In this document: positions 42,102 to 53,469 of the stretch, piece after piece
Layout: each line of letters starts with the position of its first letter
How positions within the stretch are numbered: the first letter of the stretch is position 1
Assembly: GCA_002269645.1 (NCBI GenBank)
Contig: NIVC01000538.1
Location: forward strand, 1 to 64,000
From: Macrostomum lignano
Lineage: Eukaryota
Length of the DNA stretch: 64,000 nucleotides
Direction of reading: 5' to 3'
Translations under genes and position numbers: made by a program
Notes under the pieces: model-generated
Seen by the model: only the letters and a program-made list of their open reading frames with translations
Told to the model about the DNA's origin: nothing
Databases searched by the model: none

Positions 42102-42309
42102 CATCCATGATTATATACGTGATTTCAGCCTGTACCTTGTTTAAATGCTTAGCCATAGACTACAGCTTTGACTTGATTTAAGTTTAACAAATATTGAAGT
42201 ACTTTTTTAATTATCCTTTTACGTTCTTTAGCCATATAGTGAGAGATACATACCATACTCCCCATTTATTGTGTTGTCTAGGGTCAAAGGCTCGAGGTGT
42301 CTCGTTTGT

Positions 42310-42880
42310 TGACCGACGCGAAACCATTTATTTAGGAATGGCCATTCTGGATTATGCAAAAATACTCATTTACGATTGCTATTACAATGTTATTAAGAAG
42401 AATTGGAACAGCTGTCATCAATTGCACTATTCTGATTGTGATTCGCTGATATTCTCAGTGATTACTCAGGATTTTTATGAGGATCTGGAAAAAAATTAAA
42501 GAACACTTAGACATCTGATTATCCAACAGAGCATCCACTATACTCCGAGAAGAATAAGAAAGTCATTGGAAAGATGAAAGATGAAAGGAATGGCTCAATA
42601 ATTTCCGAAGCTGTATTTCTACGGTCAAAGGAGTATGCATTTACTACAGTTTCAGGTGAGCGTGTTAAGATTAAGGGTGTTGATAAAAGCAGCTGTAACA
42701 AATTTTAAAACGTTAAAAGGTATACTATTGACAGATTACAAAGAGATTCAAAGAAGTAAAGTATGACTATTTCAGAAAAAAAATATACACTCGCGATATC
42801 ATAAAACAAACAACGAGTCCGTTAGATGATAAAATATCTTATTCGGATGCTATAAGATCTATTCATCATCAGCCAATACA
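42310..42880 (+). pseudogene. Protein-primed DNA polymerase B copy B, 3' part
   Basis: IYLGMAILDYAK, LHYSDCDSLIF, NKKVIGKMKDE, LRSKEY: the motifs that follow KPVY in pPolB. Confidence 0.85.
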
Positions 42881-42926
42881 ATCTCATTGATACTCGTAAC
42901 ATCTTCGTTTATTTTTTCACACAGTA

Positions 42927-44261
42927 CGAGGGGTGCGCAAAAAGTTATGGCAACTGGGTTCCCAATTGCAGATGAATTGCTAGTAAATCTTAAAACTTTA
43001 TTAAAGTCCTTCAATGTAATCTCCGCCACGTTCTATGCATTTCTGGTGACGGCGGATCCATGCCTCGAAGGCAGCGCGGTACTCTGAAGCTGGCATGGTG
43101 TTCAGCTATGAATTGATGCGGCGAGCCAAGTCTTGGGGCCGCTGAGAATGGCATCCAGCCATGCGTTCGGTCAGCTTCGGGAAGGCCCAGAAGTCGCAGG
43201 GTGCCAAGTTAGGACTGTATGGAGGGTGCGGTATCACCTTGAGCTTGTTATCGGCCAAAAAGCTCGTCATGGCCGCAGTGTGGCTGAAGGCGTTGCCGTG
43301 GTGCAAGTGAATTCTGCCACTTTGAAGGCGGGTTGGCTGCTTTTCCATGACTGAAGCCACGACTTTCGACAAAACCTCGCCAGTATAGAATTTTGCATTG
43401 ACGTTCTGTCCATTTAGCACCATAACAACTGTCTCTGGCCCATTGATGTTGAAAAAGACGACGAACATCTGCTTCCGTGAGCGAAACCCAGGGCGAAGAA
43501 CAGTTGGACGGTCTTCATCAGAACCAATCCAAACCTTGTTTTGGTTCTTGTGAGGCACTTGGAAGTAGTAAAACCACTTCTTATCACCAGTCACGACATT
43601 AGTAAATCGTTTAGTGCCACCTTCGCCGAAGCATCGCAGAAATTCTTGGCTGCATCGAACCCTCTCCTGCTTCTGCTCTGCTGTGAGTGCATGAGGTACC
43701 CAACGGGCCGTGACCTTGCGGAGGCCAAGATGGTCATGCAGGATGGTTCGGACACTGCCATCAGAAATGCCGATTGTCTGGCTAAGTAGTGCAACGGTGA
43801 TATTGCGATCTTCGTCCACCAGCTGTCGCACAGCTACAATGTTCTGCTCGGTCACGGATGTCATTGGCCTCCCAGAACGAGGGCTGTCGGTCATGGATCG
43901 TCGACCAGCACTGACCAATTCAATCTAACGGGCGACGGTGCGGTACGAAGGGGCCTGATCTGCTACAACGTGGACTAGCTCTGCATGAATTTTGGTTGCG
44001 TTTTCACCGAGCTGCGATCGCATGAAAACATAAAATCTCCACTGATCAGCACTAATATTCTATTTCCCGTTTGAAGGCTGAAAACTAGACTGTACGTTAA
44101 TCAAAATGCTCTTGGAAGCGAAAAAATCAGTGCAATGACCTGAAAATTTATGAACAAACGCAAAATATACTCTTATTTATGAGATTAAAGAATGGTTACA
44201 TTTAAACGTTTATTTAAAAAAAGTTATCAGTCAGTTTTCAAGACTTTTTGCGCACCCCTCG
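42927..44261 (-). mobile_element. Mariner element, 1335 bp, catalytically dead transposase
   Basis: Perfect 19-bp TIR cgaggggtgcgcaaaaagt, TA on both sides; WVPHAL and YSPNLAPCDF; GDE changed to GDK, HDNA to HGNA, in-frame stop. Confidence 0.95.
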
Positions 44262-44343
44262 TAGAACAGAACATTTCTAGTTTCCTGCTGTTTGTTCTTT
44301 ATCCTTCGTCTATATCTTTTCTTATAGTAATTACAAAAACCAT

Positions 44344-45365
44344 TGTAATTCTTAAAGAAATCAGTTACGTTTTGTTGTCGGAATTCACGTTTTTCGCGTT
44401 GGGGTAGATTCCTCTTGGGGCAGTGTGAATTTCGCTAATAGGCACAAATGAAGAGTTTAAGAGTGGTGATCAGTCACTCAAAAACTCCCACTTCTAGACA
44501 CTGGGGAACAAGTGCCTAGGTATTTACCAGTTCAAACAACTTACTGCAACGGATCCTCTTGGGGTCGGCAGCCGGTGGAGTTCTGTGGCGCGTCGGGATA
44601 GCAAGCTTGCTGAGCGGTTACGGCGACCGGTTCCGGTGAACAACTGTTTTTCTTTGGTGTCCTTAACTTTATCTGTGGGTCGACCAGAACGAGAGCGAAT
44701 CAGAATTCTTGACGGTCCTCGAGCTCGGAATTCACAATAGAACGTGCGCCCTAATGAACAATTGAATTCTCTAATTTTCTGTGATAGGTCCTCCTGAAGG
44801 GCGGCTTCTTCGTTACGTCCGAAACGTAACGGATAACTCAATTAAATCAATAAATCCTCTAGGAATATCCTAGGAAACAAGGAGGCCTTTCTCGAATGTA
44901 TCGACAATGAACTGCTCTCGTATACTCAATTAACCAACTTATTAGCGCTAGTAACAAATAACTAAATCGGGTAAACGCTTACCAATTGGACAGGTGTGGT
45001 CCCTCAGAGATTGGTCTTCTTATTTCTTCAGAGTCTTCTTAGAGACCGCACCGAGTCTGAATTTTTGACTCGATTTTGACTTATATTTATAGAAAAATTT
45101 TGGAGAAAAACCGGTTTGGGATTGGGTATTTACTTAGGTCAAAAATGTTTGATTAAGCGGTCATGCATGTTTGAGCATTACCATATATGGAGTTAAACAA
45201 ATACAGCTGTTGAAATCCGGTTCCTTGATCAAACAATGTAGGGTTCTAAATCATTCTGTATGCGCGTGGTTCCTAAAATAGATATTACTCATTTTGAAAG
45301 AAATTGACTTCCTTAGAATATTACTTTAAGTAGAGCATTACGGTATGGTCTAATAACTCTCTACA
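44344..45365 (-). mobile_element. Putative 3' LTR (~1 kb) of a Gypsy-type element
   Basis: Minus strand PPT GAAAAGGGGAGA (45380-45369), TAT, then TGTAG at 45365; candidate far end TTACA at 44344. No second LTR copy in window, so the far boundary is a guess. Confidence 0.55.
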
Positions 45366-45596
45366 ATATCTCCCCTTTTCACGAAAAATTCGTCCCGAAT
45401 TTTAAAGTTAAAACGGTGAAGTGGGGTTTTATACTTCTAATAAACATGAAAATGTATTTAAGGATTAGAAATGTTGAACAAGTAGTAATATAGTAGATGG
45501 ATAGGTAGATAGGTAGGTATTAGTAGTTTTTGTGATGAAAGATTTTTTTAGGAAGCATATTGTTAATTTGTTGCTTGGCAGGATGCATTGTTATTG

Positions 45597-46196
45597 TTAA
45601 TAGGAAAGCATATCATTCAGTATATCGTTTACTTTGGTTGTCAATCTCGCGAGTGGCCACAGTAAGTGCTGTATCGGCGTAAATTGTGTTGATTCGGTGG
45701 CGTTGAGGAATTCCAGGTAGATCTCTTCAGTTGTACTCGTAGTATTTATTGGATGCGCCGCATATTGACGTACCAAGTCAAAAAGATATTCCAAATTGTC
45801 TCTCTTGTTGAATGGTATTGGCCAGGTTCTTATAGCTGTTGCTAGTTCCTTGGCCGTCATACTGTCCATGATCTCCTTTGTAAGTTAGATCTTTGGTAAT
45901 GTTGTTGTTCCGGCGTAAATTTCCTTGGATATTGGCGCTGCACAAGTTATGCAATGCTTATAGTCGCGGCACCGAATTTTTAGGGCACAATCTCGGCAGA
46001 CCCAGTGCCCGTAAGCGCACATCCGTTGTTGCGGTGTTGTATTACATACCTGGCACAGGGTAGGTTGTGCGCGGCATAGCGGGCATTTGTCTATTCTATC
46101 CGTTGTGCAGCAGTTATAGCAGAACTTATGCCCATGCTGACAGTAGACATACTGTTCAGCGTCTTCATAACAAACAATGCACTCGTCGCAATCCAT
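45597..46196 (-). CDS. Cargo unit 2: RING-RING plus WPIP domain, one in-frame TAA at 45885-45887
   Basis: CIVC-x9-CQHGH-x2-CYNC-x8-CPLC and CQVC-x8-CAYGH-x2-CRDC-x11-CITC; the downstream ORF 45597-45869 is in the same frame. Confidence 0.7.
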
Positions 46197-46269
46197 GTCT
46201 GAAAAATGGTCAATGTGATAAGTAATATCTGTGCAAGAATGGTTGCAATATCTGTGGGTGCATGGTATT

Positions 46270-46918
46270 TTAATCAATTTCTGAAGCGGAACTATTATAG
46301 TCATATGATTCTTGGGGTGGTAATATATAAGACAAGTCCTCATTACGCAGAATGAGTGCAGGTAGAGTTGTACAGAGGATGGGGCATGGGTGAAAATTCA
46401 TATCGTTAACAATTTTAAACAGCTTATGTTCAATTTCTTGTGGAGATAATTGCCGGAGTCTAGAACCGTAGGAAGAGGAATAGCGAACGAGGTATTTACG
46501 TGTTTTATGAGCAACACGTGGTATGGGCCATGATCTGAGGCGGATAATTATAGCATGTGATGGAAAAAGAGCATAAGTGAATGGGTGAAGCTGTAGGTTA
46601 TAGTCTGCTTGAATGCATGCAAGTTTGTTGTTAACTTTAGGTAAAGGGTCGGCTTCGCATATAGGACACTGACAAATGGAGCGATAAGCAAGCTTCTTAA
46701 TACATTGTGTGCACATAAAATGTTGATTTAAGCAATATTGTTCAGTGCGCCAGGAGTTGCATATCATGCATTGACGGAGATTACCTCGACACATAGGGCA
46801 ATTTTTAAAGGTTTTTGTAATGTGCAAGGCTTAAGCAAGAACCACACACCTGGTGTCTATTGACACATATACAAGGTAGTTTACATGAAAATTCTCCGAG
46901 ACAGATAGGACAATCCAT
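46270..46918 (-). CDS. Cargo unit 1: RING-RING plus WPIP domain, one frameshift near 46810
   Basis: MDCPIC...CVNRHQVCGSC...CPMC and CMIC-x8-CLNQH-x2-CTQC-x11-CPIC; tail RLRSWPIP. Confidence 0.7.
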
Positions 46919-47049
46919 TGTCGTGTTTGTCGAAGTTGTGTGAGTGTTTGTAGGAAAACAAGGATTTAGTCGCCTCTTACGACAAGCTTGAGGAAGCTGT
47001 AGTGCTATTCTTTATCCCGGTCACTACACGGGGACATGAATCGAATAAT

Positions 47050-48387
47050 TTAACGAGGTCTTAGGTTGTACGTATGACCGACAGGTGGTGCGTTTGTTGT
47101 TTGTGTTTCGGCGTGTGCAGTGGCAATGTGTTTATTTGTTGTTTTTGTGTGGTCTGGATTTTGTAGGTCTGGGAGGAATGTAGTGTCGTTAGTGATACGT
47201 TTTAGACGTTGAATGTGAACATAGAACTGAGGTTGATGTGGATCCTGGATATTAGCGAGGCGTGCCGTTGTTGCCGATACCAATGCCGTTACTCGGAATG
47301 GTCCTTTGTATTTAAGTGCGTGTTTATGCGTATGTCGCGCAGGGTAATGTAGGTAAACGATGTCTCCGACTTGTAGAGTAGATGTATGATTGCTGGTGGT
47401 GACTACTGCCTGTTGATTTTCTAAATTGTGTTTCGCGATTTGCCATGCCAGGTGTAGCTGCGAAGTAAACTTTTGTAGTGTTGTTGGCGTTTCCACGTAC
47501 TGAGAAGGTAATAGTTTTTGAACTAGTAGGCTTGGTGGCGGAAAGTCTCGAGAGAACATAAGGAAAAACGGTGTGTTCTCTGTTGAACGGTGTACTGCAC
47601 TGTTGTAGGCCATTGTCACTGACTGCAGGTATATGATCCAATCTTCAGGTTGTTTATAGACGAAGTGTGTCAACATTTCGTGTAGATTTCTATGGAATCG
47701 TTCTACTAGGTTAGCTTTTGGATTGTAGGTGGAGGTGAAAATTTGTTGGATATTTAGTAGTTTAGCAGCCTGTTGGAATAGTTGCGACGTAAATTGTGTA
47801 CCATTGTCGGAGGTTAGTGTCTTTGGAGTTCCGTATTTACAGATAATCTCATTGTAGAAGGCCATAGCAACTGTAGTGGCTGTAATGTCAGGCAGTGGAA
47901 TGGCAACAGCAAATTTAGAGAACACGTCTAATGCGGTAAGAATGTAAGTGTAATCGATAGCATGTTGTCGAGCTGACGGTAGTGGTCCGGTAATATCAAG
48001 TGATACAATGTCCCATGTGGTTGTCTTTGGTACGGATTGAAGTTCTGGTTTTTGTCTTCTTCCAGTCTTTGTTGAAGCACATGAGTGGCATTGTAGGCAG
48101 CACTTGCGGATGTCTGCATTCATTGTTGGCCAGAAATAGAACTGGGCTATTCCGTGGATTGTTTTCTTGGCAGATAAATGTCCGGCTAGGGGTGTGTCGT
48201 GTAGTTCATGTAGGATTGCGGCGCGATAGTTGTATGGTAGGTACAATCTTGGGGTATTATTGTGCAGCCAGTAAAGTGCTAGTTCTTTGAAGATGAGATT
48301 ATTGCCTTGTTTCCGTAAAAATTTCTTTTCGATCTTTAGTGATTTGTCGGCAAAGGAAGAATCGGTAGTCATACAGGTAGCCCTCAA
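47050..48387 (-). CDS. Gypsy-type integrase (H2C2 zinc finger, rve core, GPF motif), uninterrupted ORF
   Basis: LHD...GH...YFWP...CLQC; SLDITGP, SDNGTQF, NLVERFHR, KYKGPFRV. Confidence 0.92.
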   Translation of the reverse strand: MRATCMTTDSSFADKSLKIEKKFLRKQGNNLIFKELALYWLHNNTPRLYLPYNYRAAILHELHDTPLAGHLSAKKTIHGIAQFYFWPTMNADIRKCCLQCHSCASTKTGRRQKPELQSVPKTTTWDIVSLDITGPLPSARQHAIDYTYILTALDVFSKFAVAIPLPDITATTVAMAFYNEIICKYGTPKTLTSDNGTQFTSQLFQQAAKLLNIQQIFTSTYNPKANLVERFHRNLHEMLTHFVYKQPEDWIIYLQSVTMAYNSAVHRSTENTPFFLMFSRDFPPPSLLVQKLLPSQYVETPTTLQKFTSQLHLAWQIAKHNLENQQAVVTTSNHTSTLQVGDIVYLHYPARHTHKHALKYKGPFRVTALVSATTARLANIQDPHQPQFYVHIQRLKRITNDTTFLPDLQNPDHTKTTNKHIATAHAETQTTNAPPVGHTYNLRPR

Positions 48388-49483
48388 GCTCCTCGCATTC
48401 TTTGAGGGTCTGCTCGATCAAGTTATCTTGGGCCTTCCCTTGAAAGCCGTGTAAAAAGACGCCGTAGGGCCGGTTGGCTTCGTAAATAAGCTTGGCAGCG
48501 TTCGCCGTCAGCGAGTAGACTTTACTGCCAGTCGCCAAGCAGTGTCTTCCCGGGTTGGCCAATCGGAAGCATGGGCACAAATTTCGGGCGTCGCTCTTTA
48601 CGCCATTCAGCTCCACCCACTGGGCGAACAGGCCCGGCGGGCATTCCAGCGATGGCGGCTGTTCAAATGTGAGGCGGACTTTACGGAGCCCTGGCCCTTT
48701 CTTTACTATAGCCACTTTTGAGTCTTGTTTGCGCGGCTTATACTTTCTTGGGCGGGCTGCGCGGTCTTCAGCAGGCAGTTCTTCTTCTTCTTCCCTTTTG
48801 TCGCCGTGTGGCATGGGCATTCCATGTTGTGATTCGAGTCTCCTCTTCAAGTCTCTTCTGTCTGCGGTTCTTCTCGTTTTGCTTCCTTCTTGTCCTTCTT
48901 TCTTTCCGTCTTTCATTTCTCCTCTTCTTCCATTCACTTGTCTTTTTTTTTTGGTTTGCGCTCGTTTTTATTCGTTTTTGTTTGTTTTTTAGGTGCTTCC
49001 TGTGCTCTCGGTCCCGGATTCTTTTCAATAGTTCTTAGTCTTATTCTTATTATTTCTGCAAGGTGTCTCTTCTTCTTCTTGATGTTGGTCCTGCTTGTTC
49101 TCTTTCTCTTCTCATCCCCGTCTCGACTGTGGTTGGCCTGGTGTTGTGCGGCAGCTAGGTCGGCCATGGCTACCTGCCGTTGCTGAAAAGGGCCGGTTGC
49201 ACAGTTCCGACTTGCGTCGTGGGCTGGGCTCCGTGCCGGATTCCCTCTGTGTCTTCTTTGCCAGGATGCGTGACCGCATCCTGTCCGCTTGCCACCTCGG
49301 GAAGGTGAGACACAATCGGTAAGCTTCGTCGTCTTCGTCCTCATACTCCTCAGTGTCTTCACGGTCGGCCTGCTCTTGGAGGCGATCGGCCCTGGTAGGC
49401 CTGTAGAGCTCGTCGTCCTTCTCCGACATTGAATCAGTTTCCGCGTCTAGGTCGACCTTCGGCCGCGAGGCTTGACCGATCGG
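48299..49483 (-). CDS. Exon 2 of a spliced, charged/basic ORF of unknown function abutting the integrase
   Basis: Acceptor ttttatatcttgcag| at 49484; three partial frames link via indels at homopolymers (~49187, A10 at 48943-48952, T5 near 48320); contains TIEKNPGP. Confidence 0.5.
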
Positions 49484-49619
49484 CTGCAAGATATAAAAGG
49501 GTTCATTTTGTAAATTTAATACGCACAAAGTCTGGAAAATTTTTAGATAGCAAAACATGTAGCAATCAACTGGGAGTTGTAATAGGCCTATTATATTAAT
49601 AAATATATATTGTCACTTT

Positions 49620-49950
49620 ACTACGTATTGCAATTTTCATACCTCAAAAACGTACTTAAAGTAGAGGGTAACAAAATCCGAACGTAGCAAATTGTTAAAT
49701 TTTAGTACGTACTAAAAATTTCATACGTAAATGACGTACGCAAAATAGAGGGTATCTAAATCCGAACATAGCAAATTATTGAATTTTAGTATGTACTAAA
49801 AATTTCATATGTAAATGACGTACGCAAAATAAAGGGTAGCTAAATCCGAACGTAGCAAATTATTGAATTTTAGTACGTACTAAAAATTTCATACGTAAAT
49901 GACCTACGCAAAATAAAGGGTAGCTAAATCCGAACGTAGCAAAATATTGA
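49620..49950. repeat. 84-bp tandem repeat, ~4 copies (intronic)
   Basis: aaatccgaac recurs with tccg at 49677, 49761, 49845, 49929. Confidence 0.9.
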
Positions 49951-50049
49951 TTAATACAGCGGCCCTCCTAATCCCCTACCCTGGTGCTGTTGAATCCACG
50001 GAAACGCGTGGCATTGGAAACGATTAAAATCAATTATTCATAAATGGAA

Positions 50050-50630
50050 TTTTCATATTTGCACTCCTACATTTTAGCCACTGCAGAAAAGTGCCTAAAG
50101 GGCTATATTGTCATATAATATGACAAACTTAAAACCAATTGTAATTTCAATAGTCTTAGTGTGTATGGAAAATAAATTTTCATACACTCTCTTCATATTA
50201 ATACTTAATTGGCAAGTTTGCTAGAGCTTAACCTATTGTATGTTATATATAAGCATCTTTGCACTCCTAACTGTTAGCCATTGCAGACAGTTGGTTAAAG
50301 GGCTATATTGTCATATAATATGACAATGACAAACTTCAAACCAATTGTAATTTCAATAGTCATACTCATAGTGTGTATGAAAAAATTATTTTCATACACA
50401 GTAACCCATATATAAAACTGAGTGCCAGGTTTCTTACAGGTGAACCTGTTTTATATAGCATAAATATATAAATCTATAGATATATCTTTGCTGTCCTAAC
50501 TTTTAGCCACTGCAGAAAAGTGCCTAAAGGGCTATATTGTTATACAATATCACAAACTTGACACAATTGTAATTCTAATAGTTTTGTTCCATACAGTCTT
50601 AGTGTGTATGGAAAATAAAATTTCCTATGC
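50050..50630. repeat. Three diverged ~200-230-bp direct repeats (intronic)
   Basis: aaagggctatattgt...caattgtaat...gtgtgtatg recurs three times. Confidence 0.7.
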
Positions 50631-50924
50631 TGACAGTCCTTAATAAAAATATTCACAAAATTGTGAGACATGTAGCAAATTTGTCAACAGAGTACGGGCA
50701 CCAGCGAACAGCGCACATCAAAAGCGAAAAATAATGCAACTACGATTTAAACGCGAAATATTTCAACAAACAATGTCTATAATTTTAGCACCAAGTAAAA
50801 AATGGACACAAAACAATAAGGGCATCAAAAAATTAAAACTTTATAATATGCTCCAACATTTGTTACTTTTAAACCCATAATTTAGGTAACGACGGAATTC
50901 CTCTACGTTTATTATTACTTTTCA

Positions 50925-51190
50925 GTACGTATTAAAACTTTCATACGTAAATGACCTACGCAAAATAGAAGGTAGCTAAATCCGAACGTAGCAAATTATT
51001 GAATTTTAGTACGTACTAAAAATTTCATACGTAAATGACGTACGCAAAATAGAGGGTAGCTAAATCCGAACGTAGCAAATTATTGAATTTTAGTACGTAC
51101 TAACAAATTCATACGTAAATGACGTACGCAAAATAGAGGCTAGCTAAATCCGAACGTGGCAAATTATTCAATTTTAGTACGTACTAAAAA
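50925..51190. repeat. 84-bp tandem repeat, second array, ~3 copies
   Basis: Same unit; tccg at 50981, 51065, 51149. Confidence 0.9.
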
Positions 51191-51303
51191 ATAAAGGATA
51201 TTGAATTTTGGTACACTATAATTTACATACGTTGCAGACGTGTGGAAATTTCAATACGTAGTTAAATTTATTATCTTGCAAAATTCGAGTTTCAGTCTCT
51301 TAC

Positions 51304-51438
51304 ATCGATAGCACTCTTAGAAGGCACGGCCGGTGTCTCCGCAGTACGACCTCCCGGGGAAGACGGCGCACCAGAATCGGAAGCGGCGGCGCCCGTAGCA
51401 GCCGTCTTGCCGCGCCTTCTAGTAGCCCTCGTATTCAT
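51304..51438 (-). CDS. Exon 1 (45 aa) of the spliced ORF
   Basis: GC-rich MNTRATRRRGKTAATG...SKSAID ending GAT|GTAAGA, phase 0, in frame with exon 2. Confidence 0.55.
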
Positions 51439-51770
51439 TGAGCCTGCTGCTGCTTCTGCTAATATATCTCCTAACTAATTAACGTAATTTCAAAACCTTT
51501 CGGAATTACCTACACTGTTAACATAGCAAAATCAATAGGTATCAAAATTCTTGCTCTCGGTGTATAGCAAATTCTAAGACGTAGTTCAACATTTAAATAC
51601 ACTCTGGAACGTACTAAAATCTCTCAGCCAATGAAATTCATTCTAGCAAATTCTTACTTTAGCGCGTATAAAAGGAGCTCCCCGCCTCAAGTGACGACTT
51701 TTTACCTTCTTGCAGTCCCACTAGCAACATTAAGATTTGCGAAATATTCCCTCGGGCATATTTCCCAAAC

Positions 51771-52505
51771 ATGATGCGAATCGCAGAAGCATTGACTACA
51801 TTTGGCCACAAAGGCTTCAAATCTAAAGAACAAGAAAAAATCCTATTGTCAGCCGTCTGCACGGACTTCGACATCCTCGCCATCATGCCGACGGGTGGTG
51901 GGAAAAGTTTGTGTTATCAGCTACCGGCCGTTCTTGCTAACGGTGTAACAATTGTCTTCTCGCCGTTGGTCAGCCTAATGGAAGACCAACTGCGAAATCT
52001 TCCCGCTGAAGTGGAAGCATGCTCCCTCTCGGCCGGACAGAGCGACTTTGAAAAGGCCTGGAGGTGCAGCCTCGTGTACTGCACACCCGAGAAGGCTCAA
52101 CTGTCCAACGAAGTTGCCGATTTCCTTGTAAGGTTGTTCCGAGCCGGACGGCTGAAACGCATTGTCATCGACGAGGCCCATTGCGTTAAGGCATGGGGCG
52201 AAACGTTTCGACCCGCCTATCTAGCCCTCGGTGAACTTCGGCAGCGTTTCCCAACGGTTCCTTGCATGGCCCTGACGGCTACCCTTACGCCAGTTGGTGA
52301 GGATTACATCCAGAAAAAACTCCACCTGCAGACCGACCTGCTAGTGTTCAGGACGAGCGCTGCGCGCCCCAACATCAAGATCCGAGTGGAGCAGACGGAC
52401 TCCATTGTGATGTCTCTGCTCGGGCAGTTGCAACGTTGGGAGTTCGCGACAGCGAGCTGCATTGTCTACTGCGGGACTACAACTGCAGCCGAGAGGACCT
52501 GCAAT
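51771..52505 (+). CDS. RecQ-family helicase, first exon (helicase domain 1); remainder not found
   Basis: MPTGGGKSLCYQLPA, SPLVSLMEDQ, YCTPEK, VIDEAHCV..WG..FRPAY, ALTAT, SCIVYC; donor AAT|gtgagt. Confidence 0.9.
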
Positions 52506-52569
52506 GTGAGTTTAACAGTTCCATTACAAACTTCTCAGTAGAACAGAGAAGCCCAATTTTTGTACTGTT

Positions 52570-53267
52570 CAGAAATTGCTACACACTATGAGTAGTCAAT
52601 TCCAGAGAGTAGTAAAAAACATTTGACTACACTTTAGAATTTGCTACACACTGTGAGTAGTCAATTCGTGTGTATTAAATTCTATTTTTGTTTGCGATCC
52701 CAATCGGAAGCTGAAAACCTCTCCATTGGAATCTACGTACTCAATTTAGTGACTGTGTGGTGTCGTCAAGAAAAATAAATCTCCACGCGATCGGCACAAA
52801 ATGCAATCGGCGATAGTGACAAAGTGACTACGATTTCCAAACTCTAACTTAAAATTTTGTCAGTTCGACAAAGTCCAAAAAACTTTTCTAGGAGTTTAAG
52901 GCGTCTTTCGACTGGAAATAATTCCCGTATTCGCAAAATCGATATTTCAGCACCCAACTACGTTCTCCCTCCTAGTAGGACCGAAAAGTCCAACTTTACT
53001 ACGTTTCAGAAATTGCTACACACTATGAGTAGTCAATTACAGAGAGTACTAAAAACGTTTGACTACACTTTAGAATTTGCTACACACTGTGAGTAGTCAA
53101 TTCATGTGTATTAAATTCTATTTTTGTTTGCGATCCAAATCGCAAGCTGAAAACCTCTCCATTGCAATCTACGTACTCAATTTAGTGATTGTGGTGTCGT
53201 CAAGAAAAATAAATCTCCACGCGATCGGCACAAAATGCAATCGGCGATAGTGACAAAGTGACTACGA
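52570..53267. repeat. ~265-bp direct repeat, two copies (52570-52834, 53007-53267)
   Basis: Near-identical cagaaattgctacacactatgag...gtgacaaagtgactacga. Confidence 0.9.
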
Positions 53268-53469
53268 AAGGGGAACGAAACAGAGACAGCCCACAGCAGA
53301 GAGGCTGAGGGCTGAGAACAGAGGCGCAGGAAACGAGCAGAACAGGAAAAGGGGGCAACAAACGGACAGACAAGGGAGGCGGGAAGCTGACCAGCGGCAG
53401 ACAGAAACCCAGGGCGAGGACGAGGGCGAGGGAACTGCTGACAAAAGGGGGATGCCTAACATTTAACTA

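Noticed and set aside
44524-44841. 105-aa ORF inside the putative LTR
   Set aside because: No domain; may be incidental. If coding, the LTR boundary call would need revising.
49620-51190. 84-bp arrays as CRISPR-like repeats
   Set aside because: Whole units are repeated with no unique spacers; eukaryotic context, no cas genes.
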